A DNA stretch of 64,000 nucleotides from an uncultured Nitrososphaerota archaeon (lineage in GTDB: Archaea > Thermoproteota > EX4484-205 > JAAOZO01). Shown one piece after another: positions 19,213-28,854 of this stretch. The notes beneath the pieces were generated by a model, which worked only from the letters and a program-made list of their open reading frames with translations, had not been told where the DNA came from and made no database searches. Made by a program: the position numbers and the translations under genes. The DNA is taken from the NCBI GenBank assembly GCA_964408285.1, contig CAYOYV010000003.1:96001-160000 (forward strand), given 5' to 3'. How positions within the stretch are numbered: position 1 is the first letter of the stretch; every line of letters begins with the position of its first letter.

Positions 19213-20325
19213 TCAGAGAGTGATGTTGAATCTTTCCTTGATTTTTCTGCTGAGGTAATCGGAATATACATGCTGCAGCTCTTTCGCATGCTTGGTCAAG
19301 GCGTTGAACGCCTCGAGCTCGGTCTTTCCATGATTGTCCACGAACCAGCTATTCTCTTTCAGCCAATATCCACCATCGCCCTGCATATACGGCAGCGATG
19401 CATTGTCTTGCGCTGCTTTCATGTCCTCTTCGGTCATTGGCTCAAGAACGATCTTCTTGACAGGTGCAAAAAAAGCCTCCATATCCGAAGTTTCAAGCCC
19501 TATGAATCTTGCATTTGGAGCCGATAACTTCGATATATGGGCAGATTGGATGGATCCGTATATTATGTTCGCCGCGATCCTAAGGCTATATGGATTCAAG
19601 TCCGTGAAAATGGCTATCGGGACACCATAGTCGCTGAACTTCCTGAGCATCCTCCTCATCCCTCTCGATGGCTGCCCTCCCAGCATGGCAATCCCTATTT
19701 TCATATTCTCCGGAATGCCGAATTCCATTAGGTTCCTATAGATGCCTTCCTTTTCTATCGCAACGAGCGCCCTAATGTCGGCCCTTTCTACGTCTATGTA
19801 TTCAACGTTCCCCGGAATAGAATATCCATCACCACCCGTCCTGAGGCAATTGATCATCATCTTGGGCTCTCTCAGGGTAATGTCACCGTAGAGATAGCCC
19901 TTTGATTGTGCAATAACGCCAAAGCTCTCCCTGCTGAGTTCGTATATGACCTCTGATATCCGTATGATGTCATCTGATTCAGCTTGATTGGATGGTATCA
20001 AGAGAGGGTGTCTTGATTTCTGAAGATAATAGTAGTCCCTCTTTGTTGTCGAGAGCCCTATTTCAAGTCTCTCTATCGCAATCCTAGCCAGGAATGCAAA
20101 GGCGGCAAGTTTTTTTAGGCTTGATTTACGATCACCTCTCGCTTCGGCGAGGGAATCCTTCAATTCATATGAGTGGGCCTCAAGATCGAATTCCACATTT
20201 GCTTTGCTCAATCTCTTATATTGCACTGTAGGGACCTCGCCTGATTCCAAGTCAGACTTGATGCCCAGTCCAAGTTGTCTCAATCTTCTAGTTACCTGTT
20301 CGGTCGTAATCTTCTCCGTCATCAC
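19213..20325 (-). CDS. top6A: DNA topoisomerase VI subunit A (divergent)
   Basis: TKRDYYY (catalytic Tyr region), Q.ESD, IEKEG, GQP, FTDLNPY, K.ELEA; directly downstream of top6B. Confidence 0.88.
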   Translation of the reverse strand: MMTEKITTEQVTRRLRQLGLGIKSDLESGEVPTVQYKRLSKANVEFDLEAHSYELKDSLAEARGDRKSSLKKLAAFAFLARIAIERLEIGLSTTKRDYYYLQKSRHPLLIPSNQAESDDIIRISEVIYELSRESFGVIAQSKGYLYGDITLREPKMMINCLRTGGDGYSIPGNVEYIDVERADIRALVAIEKEGIYRNLMEFGIPENMKIGIAMLGGQPSRGMRRMLRKFSDYGVPIAIFTDLNPYSLRIAANIIYGSIQSAHISKLSAPNARFIGLETSDMEAFFAPVKKIVLEPMTEEDMKAAQDNASLPYMQGDGGYWLKENSWFVDNHGKTELEAFNALTKHAKELQHVYSDYLSRKIKERFNITL

Positions 20326-21983
20326 TAGGCATGCGCCTCCTCTCGGTCCGGAGGGAATTGGGAGAATATCCTTTCGAGAGTGCTATTGAAAGATAGATTC
20401 TCGACTCCGGTTATCTGTCTCACCTCCTCCGACAGTATCTCGTAATAACCATGGAAATACTCGTATCTCTTGGCAACCGATTCCTCTCGTCTTTTCCTAT
20501 GAAGATATTCTCTGATTCTTCTTCCCAGTTCCTGAAGGGCCAAAGTCAGCTCCTCATGAATCTCCAGAACGCTTGCCACGGCGAATTTCCCTGGGTTGCT
20601 GTAAGGCACCTTACTTGCAACCAGGGATGTAACGAAGACAATCGGCTCAGCTGCTTCACCTCCATCAGTGGTTTCCAGCCCATAGTTCTTCCAGTCTATG
20701 TCCACTACTGCCTTGTACAGTTCACAATCAGCAGAGTCATAAGGAAGAGGGACTCTATTGGCCAGTCTTATAACGGGCATTTTCTTTTGCTGTGAATAAT
20801 TCTGCACGCTGGATCCGCCGGCGGCCGCAGCCGCCTCGATCTGAAACGGAATTCCCTGATAACTCCAAGGTGGCCTTGAAACTGCCTCGATGAATTCGGC
20901 ATCTGGAAACAGATTTCTGATTGAAGCCTTGAGTTCATTCTCTCCTATGTTACTCAGAACATCCAGCCTAGGTCTTCTCAGGTTCATCCTTCTTGCTGCC
21001 TTAAGAATCCTATCGGCCTTGATGCTCCTCGGCTTTAGACTGGGCGGCAACATAGCCCTCTGAAGAATCTTGCGCGCAGTCTTGGGAGACATGACCGCGA
21101 AGTGCTTTGCTAGGAAGCTCGCAATCGTCCTGCAATCATCATCCATTTCGGCCATTCGTTGAAGAATCCCTGGATCGACTGATGTGAGGTGAGGCTTGAT
21201 TTCATGTGCCTCTCTGGGAATTATCTGGCTTGTCCTCGCCACTACGATCTCTGAATTGGTGTCTGCAATCTTCTTCATAACAAGTATCCTAGCGTTGGGA
21301 TTGCCGATTGAGAGCTCCTTGATGTATCTCTCCAACTTCTCGTCGTAACGACCAGGCAGAAAGACCTCCACTGAAGTTCCATGTTCCACATCCCACTGAA
21401 TGTCTGACTCCTCAACAATGATCGGCTCGTTTCTCTCCACATCTATCTTGAGAGCTACGCGCCTTGCCTTCTCTGAGCCCGCGACCTTGCTGATGACGGT
21501 GGCAGGCCTCAGACTCGAGAGCTGTGAATAGAGTATGACTGCTGATATGCCAATCCCTTGCTGTCCCCTTGTCTGTTTCATGGTGAATAGCTTCGAACCG
21601 AAGAGCAATTTGCCGAGAGAACGCGCAACTTTTTCAGGCATTATCCCGATGCCGTTATCCTGGACTCTCACTCTGAACAGGTCAGCCTTCCTTATCTTGC
21701 CTGCTTGGGAGGGCAGTGTGATTTCCTCCCCCATGTCCTCTATCTCTATGGTCAGTTCAGGAAGGATCTTGCCTAGTTCAGTAGCATCCAGGGAATTGTC
21801 CAGCATTTCTTTGATCGTCTGAAGCATTGCGTGCTCGGGGTCGCTGAAACCCAGCTGATGCAGATTCCTTTCGAAATACTGCGCTGGGTTGGCTTCCCTC
21901 ATCCTTGCAGCCTCGGCCTCAGCAACCATTCTGAGGCTGAGATCATTCCCCTGTATGCTCACAGAGACTCTTTCTTCTGACAA
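20325..21983 (-). CDS. top6B: DNA topoisomerase VI subunit B
   Basis: KEMLDNSLDA, DNGIGI, QTRGQQGIGIS, HGT, RLANRVPL, SKVPY. Confidence 0.93.
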   Translation of the reverse strand: MSEERVSVSIQGNDLSLRMVAEAEAARMREANPAQYFERNLHQLGFSDPEHAMLQTIKEMLDNSLDATELGKILPELTIEIEDMGEEITLPSQAGKIRKADLFRVRVQDNGIGIMPEKVARSLGKLLFGSKLFTMKQTRGQQGIGISAVILYSQLSSLRPATVISKVAGSEKARRVALKIDVERNEPIIVEESDIQWDVEHGTSVEVFLPGRYDEKLERYIKELSIGNPNARILVMKKIADTNSEIVVARTSQIIPREAHEIKPHLTSVDPGILQRMAEMDDDCRTIASFLAKHFAVMSPKTARKILQRAMLPPSLKPRSIKADRILKAARRMNLRRPRLDVLSNIGENELKASIRNLFPDAEFIEAVSRPPWSYQGIPFQIEAAAAAGGSSVQNYSQQKKMPVIRLANRVPLPYDSADCELYKAVVDIDWKNYGLETTDGGEAAEPIVFVTSLVASKVPYSNPGKFAVASVLEIHEELTLALQELGRRIREYLHRKRREESVAKRYEYFHGYYEILSEEVRQITGVENLSFNSTLERIFSQFPPDREEAHA

Positions 21984-22484
21984 CTAATTAAGCATTGCCG
22001 CCAATTGCCGGACAGATTAGCGAGAATCAAGTCCCATGATGGCGGATCGACTGCCGGCTGGATCCCATTCAAGCATTCTTCCGATTTCAGCAGTGTGCAG
22101 AGGCCATGGAAAGTGACAGGCAGCTTCAAAAGGAGAGTGAAAAATGTTGGGCTGTTCACGAGCCGATCGGACCTCATCTTCCGCAGCTATCTCGCGAAGC
22201 GTGGATACGCCTGCAGCGATCCAGACATTGTTCTACCTAGCCGTCTGTGGAATCCGTGGGATCTCGTCGCGCGCGTGAGGCCAGCCTCCGCTGGCTCCAA
22301 AGATTAATGTATGGCTCATTTCTCGGTGTTCGGAGTCAACTATTGAAGCTTGTGATCTCAGGATTTCGCAGAAAAACCCTTCCTGAGTACGCTTCCACTG
22401 GAATTGAGGGTTACTCAAGCGATCTTCAATTGCTTCCATTGGAGCCTCACGCATCATCCATATCTCTCAGAACGGTGAACTAAT

Positions 22485-23234
22485 ATGAGAAAGCTCAGGG
22501 AGAAAGACAGGCTCGGATTGGTGGGGGCGATCATCTTTGATGCAGATGGGACGCTGTTCGATTCGAGCAATGCTTTCTACCACTTGGTAAGAGACATATT
22601 CTCAAAAAGAAAATGGCCCCTCAAGAGCAAGGAAAGCATCGTTTCCGTCCTAGGGATGACGAACAAGCAAATAGCGAATGTCTTGATCCCGAAGAAGCTG
22701 AGAAGCAACAAACAGGTCATCGCTGAATGGGAGAGGGATATGGAGAAGAGATGGCTAGAACACTATCTCCCAAGGCATGTCAAGCTCGCGGTAGGAGCAA
22801 AGCAAGTTCTGAAGGAACTTCATAGGATGGGATTCAGGATCGGTCTAGTTTCTAACGGTAGCGCGAAAGAGATTCCCTTGTACATAAGACATGCCAGCAT
22901 TGAGAGTCTCCTTGAAGTCGTAGTGACTGCGGATGATGTCAGAAGACCGAAACCATTCCCAGATCCCCTAGAGGAGGCCGCCAAGAGATTGGGCATGCCA
23001 ATCAGCAGAATATTCTATGTTGGCGACACTGTCATGGATGCAGAGTCGGCCAGAAGTGCTGGGGCGCGCCTGGGGCTAGTGTTGTCTGGCATAGGGAATA
23101 GGCAAGATCTGATCGAACAGAATCCCGACATATTGCTGGAATCGATAGGGGATCTTCCGGAATCGATTGTCCAGTTTATCCGGGCAAACCGGTGCGTGCC
23201 TCCAAAATCAAGCCTAAAGCTTTTAAAGGCATGA
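22485..23234 (+). CDS. HAD-IA hydrolase (phosphoglycolate phosphatase-like)
   Basis: FDADGTLFDS, SN, KPFPDP, YVGDT..D. Confidence 0.9.
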   Translation: MRKLREKDRLGLVGAIIFDADGTLFDSSNAFYHLVRDIFSKRKWPLKSKESIVSVLGMTNKQIANVLIPKKLRSNKQVIAEWERDMEKRWLEHYLPRHVKLAVGAKQVLKELHRMGFRIGLVSNGSAKEIPLYIRHASIESLLEVVVTADDVRRPKPFPDPLEEAAKRLGMPISRIFYVGDTVMDAESARSAGARLGLVLSGIGNRQDLIEQNPDILLESIGDLPESIVQFIRANRCVPPKSSLKLLKA

Positions 23235-23250
23235 ATCAACTGCCGCACTC

Positions 23251-24186
23251 ATGTCCTTCTACGAAGACCTCAGTCCAGCAGCCGTCCAGAAAGTCATTCC
23301 CTCCGTTGTAAACATAAGCACAATTCAGGTTGCCTGGGAATTCCTCTTCAGCACTGTTCCTGTGAAAGGCATCGGGTCTGGTCTCATCGTCTCATCGGAC
23401 GGTCTGATCGCTACGAACTACCACGTAATAGACAATGCAGAAAGGATCTCCGTAACCCTCTCCAATGGGGAAGCTATGAACGGTCAGCCACTCGGCGGCG
23501 TGAGGACAATGGATCTGGCGATCTTGAGAATAGCTGCCACTGGGTTGCCGGTAGCGGAGTTCGGCGACTCAGATACGCTGAGGATAGGACAGCCCGTATT
23601 GGCAATAGGCAATCCCTTGGGTCTGGCTGGGGGACCAACTGTAACATCAGGTGTGATCTCAGCACTAATGCGCAATCTGAGCTCCGGAGAAGTCCGGTTG
23701 GAAGATATGATACAGACTGACGCTCCAATCAACCCAGGGAATAGCGGCGGGCCATTGATCGATCTCAGGGGAAAAGTGATAGGAATAAACACAGCTGTAA
23801 TACCCTATGCTCAGGGCATAGGATTCTCAATGCCAATCAACTCAGTTAGGAGGGTCGTTGATGACGTCCTATCCTATGGTCGCCCGAGGTTCCCTTGGAT
23901 TGGCATCTACGGGATAGATATTACTCCTGCCTATTCAAGTCAATACAGTCTGCCGACTACTGAGGGAGTCTGGGTTACCCTCGTGATAGGCGGAGGTCCG
24001 GCTGAAACGTATGGAGTCAGACCATATGATGTCATTGTCGGAGCCGACGGAGGGCCCGTGAGGAATTTCTCTGACATAAAGAGAACACTGAGAAGGAAAT
24101 ATCCCGGGGACTCGGTCCAGTTCGAACTACTAAGATCTGGCCGCAGGTACAACGTAGGGGTTGTATTAGGTGAGGCGCCGGACTGA
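23251..24186 (+). CDS. HtrA/DegP-family serine protease with PDZ domain, no signal peptide
   Basis: TNYHVI, DLAIL, QTDAPINPGNSGGPL, C-terminal PDZ. Confidence 0.93.
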   Translation: MSFYEDLSPAAVQKVIPSVVNISTIQVAWEFLFSTVPVKGIGSGLIVSSDGLIATNYHVIDNAERISVTLSNGEAMNGQPLGGVRTMDLAILRIAATGLPVAEFGDSDTLRIGQPVLAIGNPLGLAGGPTVTSGVISALMRNLSSGEVRLEDMIQTDAPINPGNSGGPLIDLRGKVIGINTAVIPYAQGIGFSMPINSVRRVVDDVLSYGRPRFPWIGIYGIDITPAYSSQYSLPTTEGVWVTLVIGGGPAETYGVRPYDVIVGADGGPVRNFSDIKRTLRRKYPGDSVQFELLRSGRRYNVGVVLGEAPD

Positions 24187-24222
24187 GGGAAGATGTATAT
24201 ATAGGCTCAGCATCGGGCACCA

Positions 24223-24546
24223 ATGGCGAATCTCAAAATCGAAGAGTTCCAGAGACTGGACTTGAGGGTTGGGAAGGTCATATCAGCCAAACGCGTTGAG
24301 GGAACAGATAAATTGATGGCACTGGAGGTGGATATTGGAGAAAGAAGGAACCTCGTTGCCGGCATCGCCGATCGATATAGTGTTGAGGATGTCGTCGGAA
24401 GGCTTGTCGTTGTTCTGACCAATCTTGAGCCAAAGAGGATAAGAGGCATAGAATCCCGGGGGATGATTCTTGCAGCAGCTGTCGGTGAATCTGCATTCCT
24501 TTTAGCTCCAGATTCCGAGGTACCGGTCGGCAGCCGCGTCCTTTGA
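24223..24546 (+). CDS. tRNA-binding OB-fold protein (Trbp111/MetRS C-terminal/CsaA family)
   Basis: LDLRVGKV, NLEP..IRGIESRGMILAA, GSRV. Confidence 0.92.
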   Translation: MANLKIEEFQRLDLRVGKVISAKRVEGTDKLMALEVDIGERRNLVAGIADRYSVEDVVGRLVVVLTNLEPKRIRGIESRGMILAAAVGESAFLLAPDSEVPVGSRVL

Positions 24547-24607
24547 GCCCCTTATAAGTTTTTTCAAATACATATTTAACAATCTAATATTATACTGACA
24601 TAAAGAA

Positions 24608-25567
24608 ATGAGCTTGCCCCTGGGCCAGCTGACGCCTTCTCAAGTTACAGAGTTGACATCAGGGCTGATTCCATTCTCGAGAATCAGGAGGCCGGTCATT
24701 GGAGTTGACGAGGAAATGGTGGTTATGACGCATGCTCTAATGACTGAACCTCCCGAGCTCCTTGGGTTTCTCGGGGGGAATCTCCCATTGGCTTCCTTGG
24801 TTGCCACTGCCTCCCACATCCTACTCGCCTCGTACACGACCGTTTTCCCCATCGCCACCGAGAGCGTGTATGCCAGGCGTGTCTTCACTGCCTTGGGAAA
24901 GGAAATGAGGAGAGTGAGGATCACCGCTTCTGAGTTGTCTGTCTCTGTCCTACCCGGTCTATCTTCGCCTATCCTCTCCAATGGCATGATTGGGTTATTT
25001 AGGAGGCAGAGGGCCAAGCCCGTCAAGAAGGGGGACATAGTCATATTGGCAGGAAGGCCGCTGGCAGAACTCGCCCTACGCTGTTCTCACGAGAGGCCTG
25101 AGCTAATTGAATCAGTGGGAGGGAATCCCAAGTATTTGAGAAATGCCTACACCAAGATCTCGGCGGTGGAGTCGGTTGCAGCCATGTTGGAGGTCGGCAC
25201 GAAGAGGATCTCCCTTGCTGGGGACAACGGCATCGTAAAGGCATCAAAAAGGATCTCAAAGGAAATAAAGATGGGACTGATGATAGATCTCGATAGGATC
25301 GCATGGGATGAGGTGGGGCTGAAGATTGCCAGAACATTCGATGGGGATCCGGCCTCTGCTACCTCCTACGGCGCAGTGATTGGCATATTGGAGAAGAATG
25401 ATGTGGACCGGAAATTGGACGAACTCTCGAAGAGGAAGATATCTGCATATCGGATTGGCACAGTCACGGGTGGCATCGGAGTTTGGAAGTCGTCTGGCGG
25501 TCCCTTGACACAACACAAGGATGTCTACTCTCTGATAAGTCCTACCCCCTCTTTCCTACTGCCGTGA
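24608..25567 (+). CDS. Divergent AIR synthase-related (PurM/HypE-like) protein
   Basis: Overall layout (LPLGQL, KGDIVIL, DP...SYGAVI, A.RIG.V) fits the family, but catalytic acidic motifs are absent. Confidence 0.55.
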   Translation: MSLPLGQLTPSQVTELTSGLIPFSRIRRPVIGVDEEMVVMTHALMTEPPELLGFLGGNLPLASLVATASHILLASYTTVFPIATESVYARRVFTALGKEMRRVRITASELSVSVLPGLSSPILSNGMIGLFRRQRAKPVKKGDIVILAGRPLAELALRCSHERPELIESVGGNPKYLRNAYTKISAVESVAAMLEVGTKRISLAGDNGIVKASKRISKEIKMGLMIDLDRIAWDEVGLKIARTFDGDPASATSYGAVIGILEKNDVDRKLDELSKRKISAYRIGTVTGGIGVWKSSGGPLTQHKDVYSLISPTPSFLLP

Positions 25568-25707
25568 CAACAACGCGGCGTCCCTAGCGATGACGTAGCA
25601 CATTCGCTCCTTTCACGTGAGTGCGAACCCGATGCTTCGAAGTTCATCTCGCCGAAGATGACGGGATTCAGGAATCTAGGATCCCATAGGTTCAGGGCTC
25701 ATGGATC

Positions 25708-26286
25708 TCATCTTCCTCTAGAGCTTGCTCTCAAGTTCTTGAGCATCGTGTCGATTGTCCAACCGATACCGTTCACGATCTCTTTCAACCGCGTCCTGTC
25801 TCTGAAGTTCCTTATGACAATCTTTTTCAAGAAAGGCCCCTCCACCTGTATGTCGTAGGATAGAATCTGATCAGGTCTGAGAATCCCTCTTGCTACCGAT
25901 TGAGTATCCGATTGCCTCATTCCCTCCAAAACCTTGTTAATGAAGAACGCATCGAATGGGCGAGTTGATGTGGACAATTCCAGTGTCATGTCTGGCTCTA
26001 TTGTCACGCTTTCTCCAGTCACTGACACTTTTCCATAGTTGCTGCCCTTATAGATGATATTCAGGGCTTCCTTTTCGAGAGGTGGCCTCGCTTGGGCCTG
26101 GAGTTCCTCGGCAGGCATCTTGGATTCTGCGATTTCGCTCGCTTTCCTGAAGCTAACCGAGGCCAATTTCTCGTCCACAAGTGATGATGCCTGCCGCAGC
26201 AGGCTAGCGTCCTCTTGAAGCTCCGCTATCTTGTCTTCAAGTCTTTTCTTCAGGTCAGCTAGTGCCTTTTTTTCCTCTTCGCTCAT
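25708..26286 (-). CDS. Hypothetical protein with N-terminal coiled coil
   Basis: Heptad-like N-terminus followed by a globular region (PFDAFFINKVL..M, IVIRNF, EIVNGIGW). Confidence 0.7.
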   Translation of the reverse strand: MSEEEKKALADLKKRLEDKIAELQEDASLLRQASSLVDEKLASVSFRKASEIAESKMPAEELQAQARPPLEKEALNIIYKGSNYGKVSVTGESVTIEPDMTLELSTSTRPFDAFFINKVLEGMRQSDTQSVARGILRPDQILSYDIQVEGPFLKKIVIRNFRDRTRLKEIVNGIGWTIDTMLKNLRASSRGR

Positions 26287-26409
26287 CTAAATGGGTGATG
26301 AACATCTAGCGAATAAGTCTTTCCATCTTGCGATCAGGGGCCGCGCCGGCTTTCTCAGCTCCTCAGGAATGGCAAGGGCTTTTGCATACCCCTATAGTCT
26401 CGAGCGCCC

Positions 26410-27765
26410 CTATGGACTCCTATCATATCCCTTCTCCTTCATATTTGTCAGTGACGAATAATACTCCCTATCGAATCTCTGCAATTCCTCAGGGGGATTG
26501 CTCTTCGACCAACTCTGAGCCGTCCTCCAAATGCGTGCGTGACTGATTAAGGCAGCCTGGATATCCTCGGCTTTGGGTACGACTGTGTGATATCCAGGCA
26601 ATCCCATCGAACCGTAGTGACACCATAGCCCAACGGAGTTGCTGATCTGATGTTGGCTAACGCTGTATCGGAGGAAAGTATCCCTCTCAAGTCCATCGCG
26701 GCCGGCCTCTCCACTCAGGACGTAATCAGCATAGCAATAAACAAAGGGAGGGTAGACTCGGCACGTTCCATAGGGTTCGGTGCTCGAATGTAGGTAAAGC
26801 AATCTTTCTCCCAAGATAGCCCTCGCTTGTCGCACCATGTAGTAGGCTGGCCGAAAGTCCTCACGATGGCCACACCAACCATCAAAATATAGGCCATCAA
26901 CGCCGAATTCACTCAAGATCCTTTTCATCTCATATGATAGATCAGGAGCATTTGAGTAATAGGGACTGAAATACACAATGAACTTCATACCGAGCCTGTG
27001 AGCAGAATCCCGTACTCTTGCGAATTCGCCCGGGTCTCGCGGTACTGGGTGGTCCGTCTCCCACGGCCTCGGACGTGGATAGCTGGCACCAGGAGGATTT
27101 TCAGCCCATTCAGGTTCATCAGCAGCCCAGGCTTCGTGAATGGTGAAAACCTTGCAGTGTCTGCCATCTCCCTCGATTATCTCCGTTGAAGGATACGGCT
27201 CTTGAGAGCTTCCCTCATGTGCAACAGATTCATAGTATCTTTCCATATTTCGTTCGCGAGGAGGACAGATCGACAGCCAGAGCTCATCCCATCTCCCGAT
27301 GTGAATCGATAGAGCAGATTCATTCGATTTCGTGGTCGAGAGTTCAGTGGGTCTGCAAGGTATTCCAAAGAATCCGCAACCCCCATAGTTATCGAGAAGA
27401 AGTCTATTTCCCTTCACTTCCTGAGAATAGCAGGGGCTGAAGTGAAAATCGAATCGCAATCTGAGGCTCTGCTGAGGTGTCAGGATTATGCAAGAATCTC
27501 CCTGAACCTTGAGGGTCAAACCATTTCCCCTCAGAACGACCCTGAAGGGTGTCTGCTTGTAGATTCGCAGTGGCATCAAGTGTTTAGGCAGTTGACAGCT
27601 TAGCAGCCTTCTCCGACTGCCTATGAGTTGTTCCATCTCAAGCATTCCCTGATTATCCAGTGCAAGTGAGGCCCCTGTCGATCGGATCAGTATGCCTCTT
27701 GACCCGGATCTGGCCTCCTCAATACGCATTCCCATAAGGACTTGCTCTTCCGTATATGGTTCCAC
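26410..27765 (-). CDS. Hypothetical protein, probable glycoside-hydrolase-like TIM barrel
   Basis: AHRLGMKFIVYFSP, FGVDGLYFDG. Confidence 0.55.
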   Translation of the reverse strand: MEPYTEEQVLMGMRIEEARSGSRGILIRSTGASLALDNQGMLEMEQLIGSRRRLLSCQLPKHLMPLRIYKQTPFRVVLRGNGLTLKVQGDSCIILTPQQSLRLRFDFHFSPCYSQEVKGNRLLLDNYGGCGFFGIPCRPTELSTTKSNESALSIHIGRWDELWLSICPPRERNMERYYESVAHEGSSQEPYPSTEIIEGDGRHCKVFTIHEAWAADEPEWAENPPGASYPRPRPWETDHPVPRDPGEFARVRDSAHRLGMKFIVYFSPYYSNAPDLSYEMKRILSEFGVDGLYFDGWCGHREDFRPAYYMVRQARAILGERLLYLHSSTEPYGTCRVYPPFVYCYADYVLSGEAGRDGLERDTFLRYSVSQHQISNSVGLWCHYGSMGLPGYHTVVPKAEDIQAALISHARIWRTAQSWSKSNPPEELQRFDREYYSSLTNMKEKGYDRSP

Positions 27766-27832
27766 GGAATTTCAGGGGTAGCCTCTCAGAATATAAGACT
27801 AATCTGAGGCAATTCAGCACGCGGAATCCTTG

Positions 27833-28720
27833 TCAAAGGGCCTTGAATTTGCTTCCATGAAGAACAACCCTGTGCACGATCCTTTCGTCCTGTAACGGCT
27901 CATCTGGCTTTGATTCTGCGATCACTTCGACGTAGTTTTCCAAAGGTCCGCCAAATATCTTCTTGAAGAGGGTTTCTTGGATCTGGAAGATGCCTGCACT
28001 ATTGGACATCTTGATATGAATTCCTATTGGGCAATCGGTTCCTTTTTCGATCTTGACCTCTTCTATGCTCAAGGCAGACACTGTGTGAATGTTGACATTG
28101 CCGCTGTCGAAGGCCATTCTTCCGCGACCTTTTGTCATATCGGTTCCATCGCTTATGCCGATAAGGGCTGCCTCAGTTGTCAGATCTCTGACTTCGAATT
28201 CGTGCGAGTATATACATCCAAGTATGTGGCTTCTGATTTCATACATCAACTCCGCATCTTCGTAGATCTCTGGGAGAAGACGATCAAGAATCGGTATCGC
28301 GAGGTACACCCCATGAAGATTGTGATGTTCCCTATGAACTTGATTGCCAATATCATGCAGTAGGCCTCCAGCGAGTACGACGAGGAATTGATCATCCAAA
28401 TCCCCAGCCTTTAGTCTGACTATGTCACCTACAAAGCCATGCTCATCGAGTAATTGCATCATTCTAAGTGCATTAGCTGCAACGATCTTCATGTGGATCT
28501 CTCCATGATCGTTGAAGTGAAGCATAGACACCGCTATGTAATTCGACATATCCCAGTCCGCGTTTACCTCAGCATCTTGCTGCATCAGCAACCAAAGCTT
28601 CATGGCTTTTGGCTTGCTCTGAAGGACATTCGTTATCTCTGATTCGGCTGCATGTTTGAGCTTGTCATAGCTCTCAGGGAGCTCAAGTTCGAATCCTTTT
28701 CCGGTAGCTATCTTGACCAT
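27833..28720 (-). CDS. HD-domain phosphohydrolase
   Basis: NDHG..H, LLHDIGNQVHR..H, DGTDM..GR. Confidence 0.88.
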   Translation of the reverse strand: MVKIATGKGFELELPESYDKLKHAAESEITNVLQSKPKAMKLWLLMQQDAEVNADWDMSNYIAVSMLHFNDHGEIHMKIVAANALRMMQLLDEHGFVGDIVRLKAGDLDDQFLVVLAGGLLHDIGNQVHREHHNLHGVYLAIPILDRLLPEIYEDAELMYEIRSHILGCIYSHEFEVRDLTTEAALIGISDGTDMTKGRGRMAFDSGNVNIHTVSALSIEEVKIEKGTDCPIGIHIKMSNSAGIFQIQETLFKKIFGGPLENYVEVIAESKPDEPLQDERIVHRVVLHGSKFKAL

Positions 28721-28854
28721 TTGAAATCGGATATCGCCATCAACTGCTACTATAAATCGATTATCACGGGCTGTAGTCCGACAATGATATTGGATCCGCA
28801 TAGTAGGTAATGCTTAATTGCCTAACTCAGAACTGATGACGGCAATATAGGATA

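Noticed and set aside
21690-21735. Extra residues (EEITLPSQAGKIRK) in Top6B as an in-frame intron
   Set aside because: It lies in a variable loop and has no convincing BHB.
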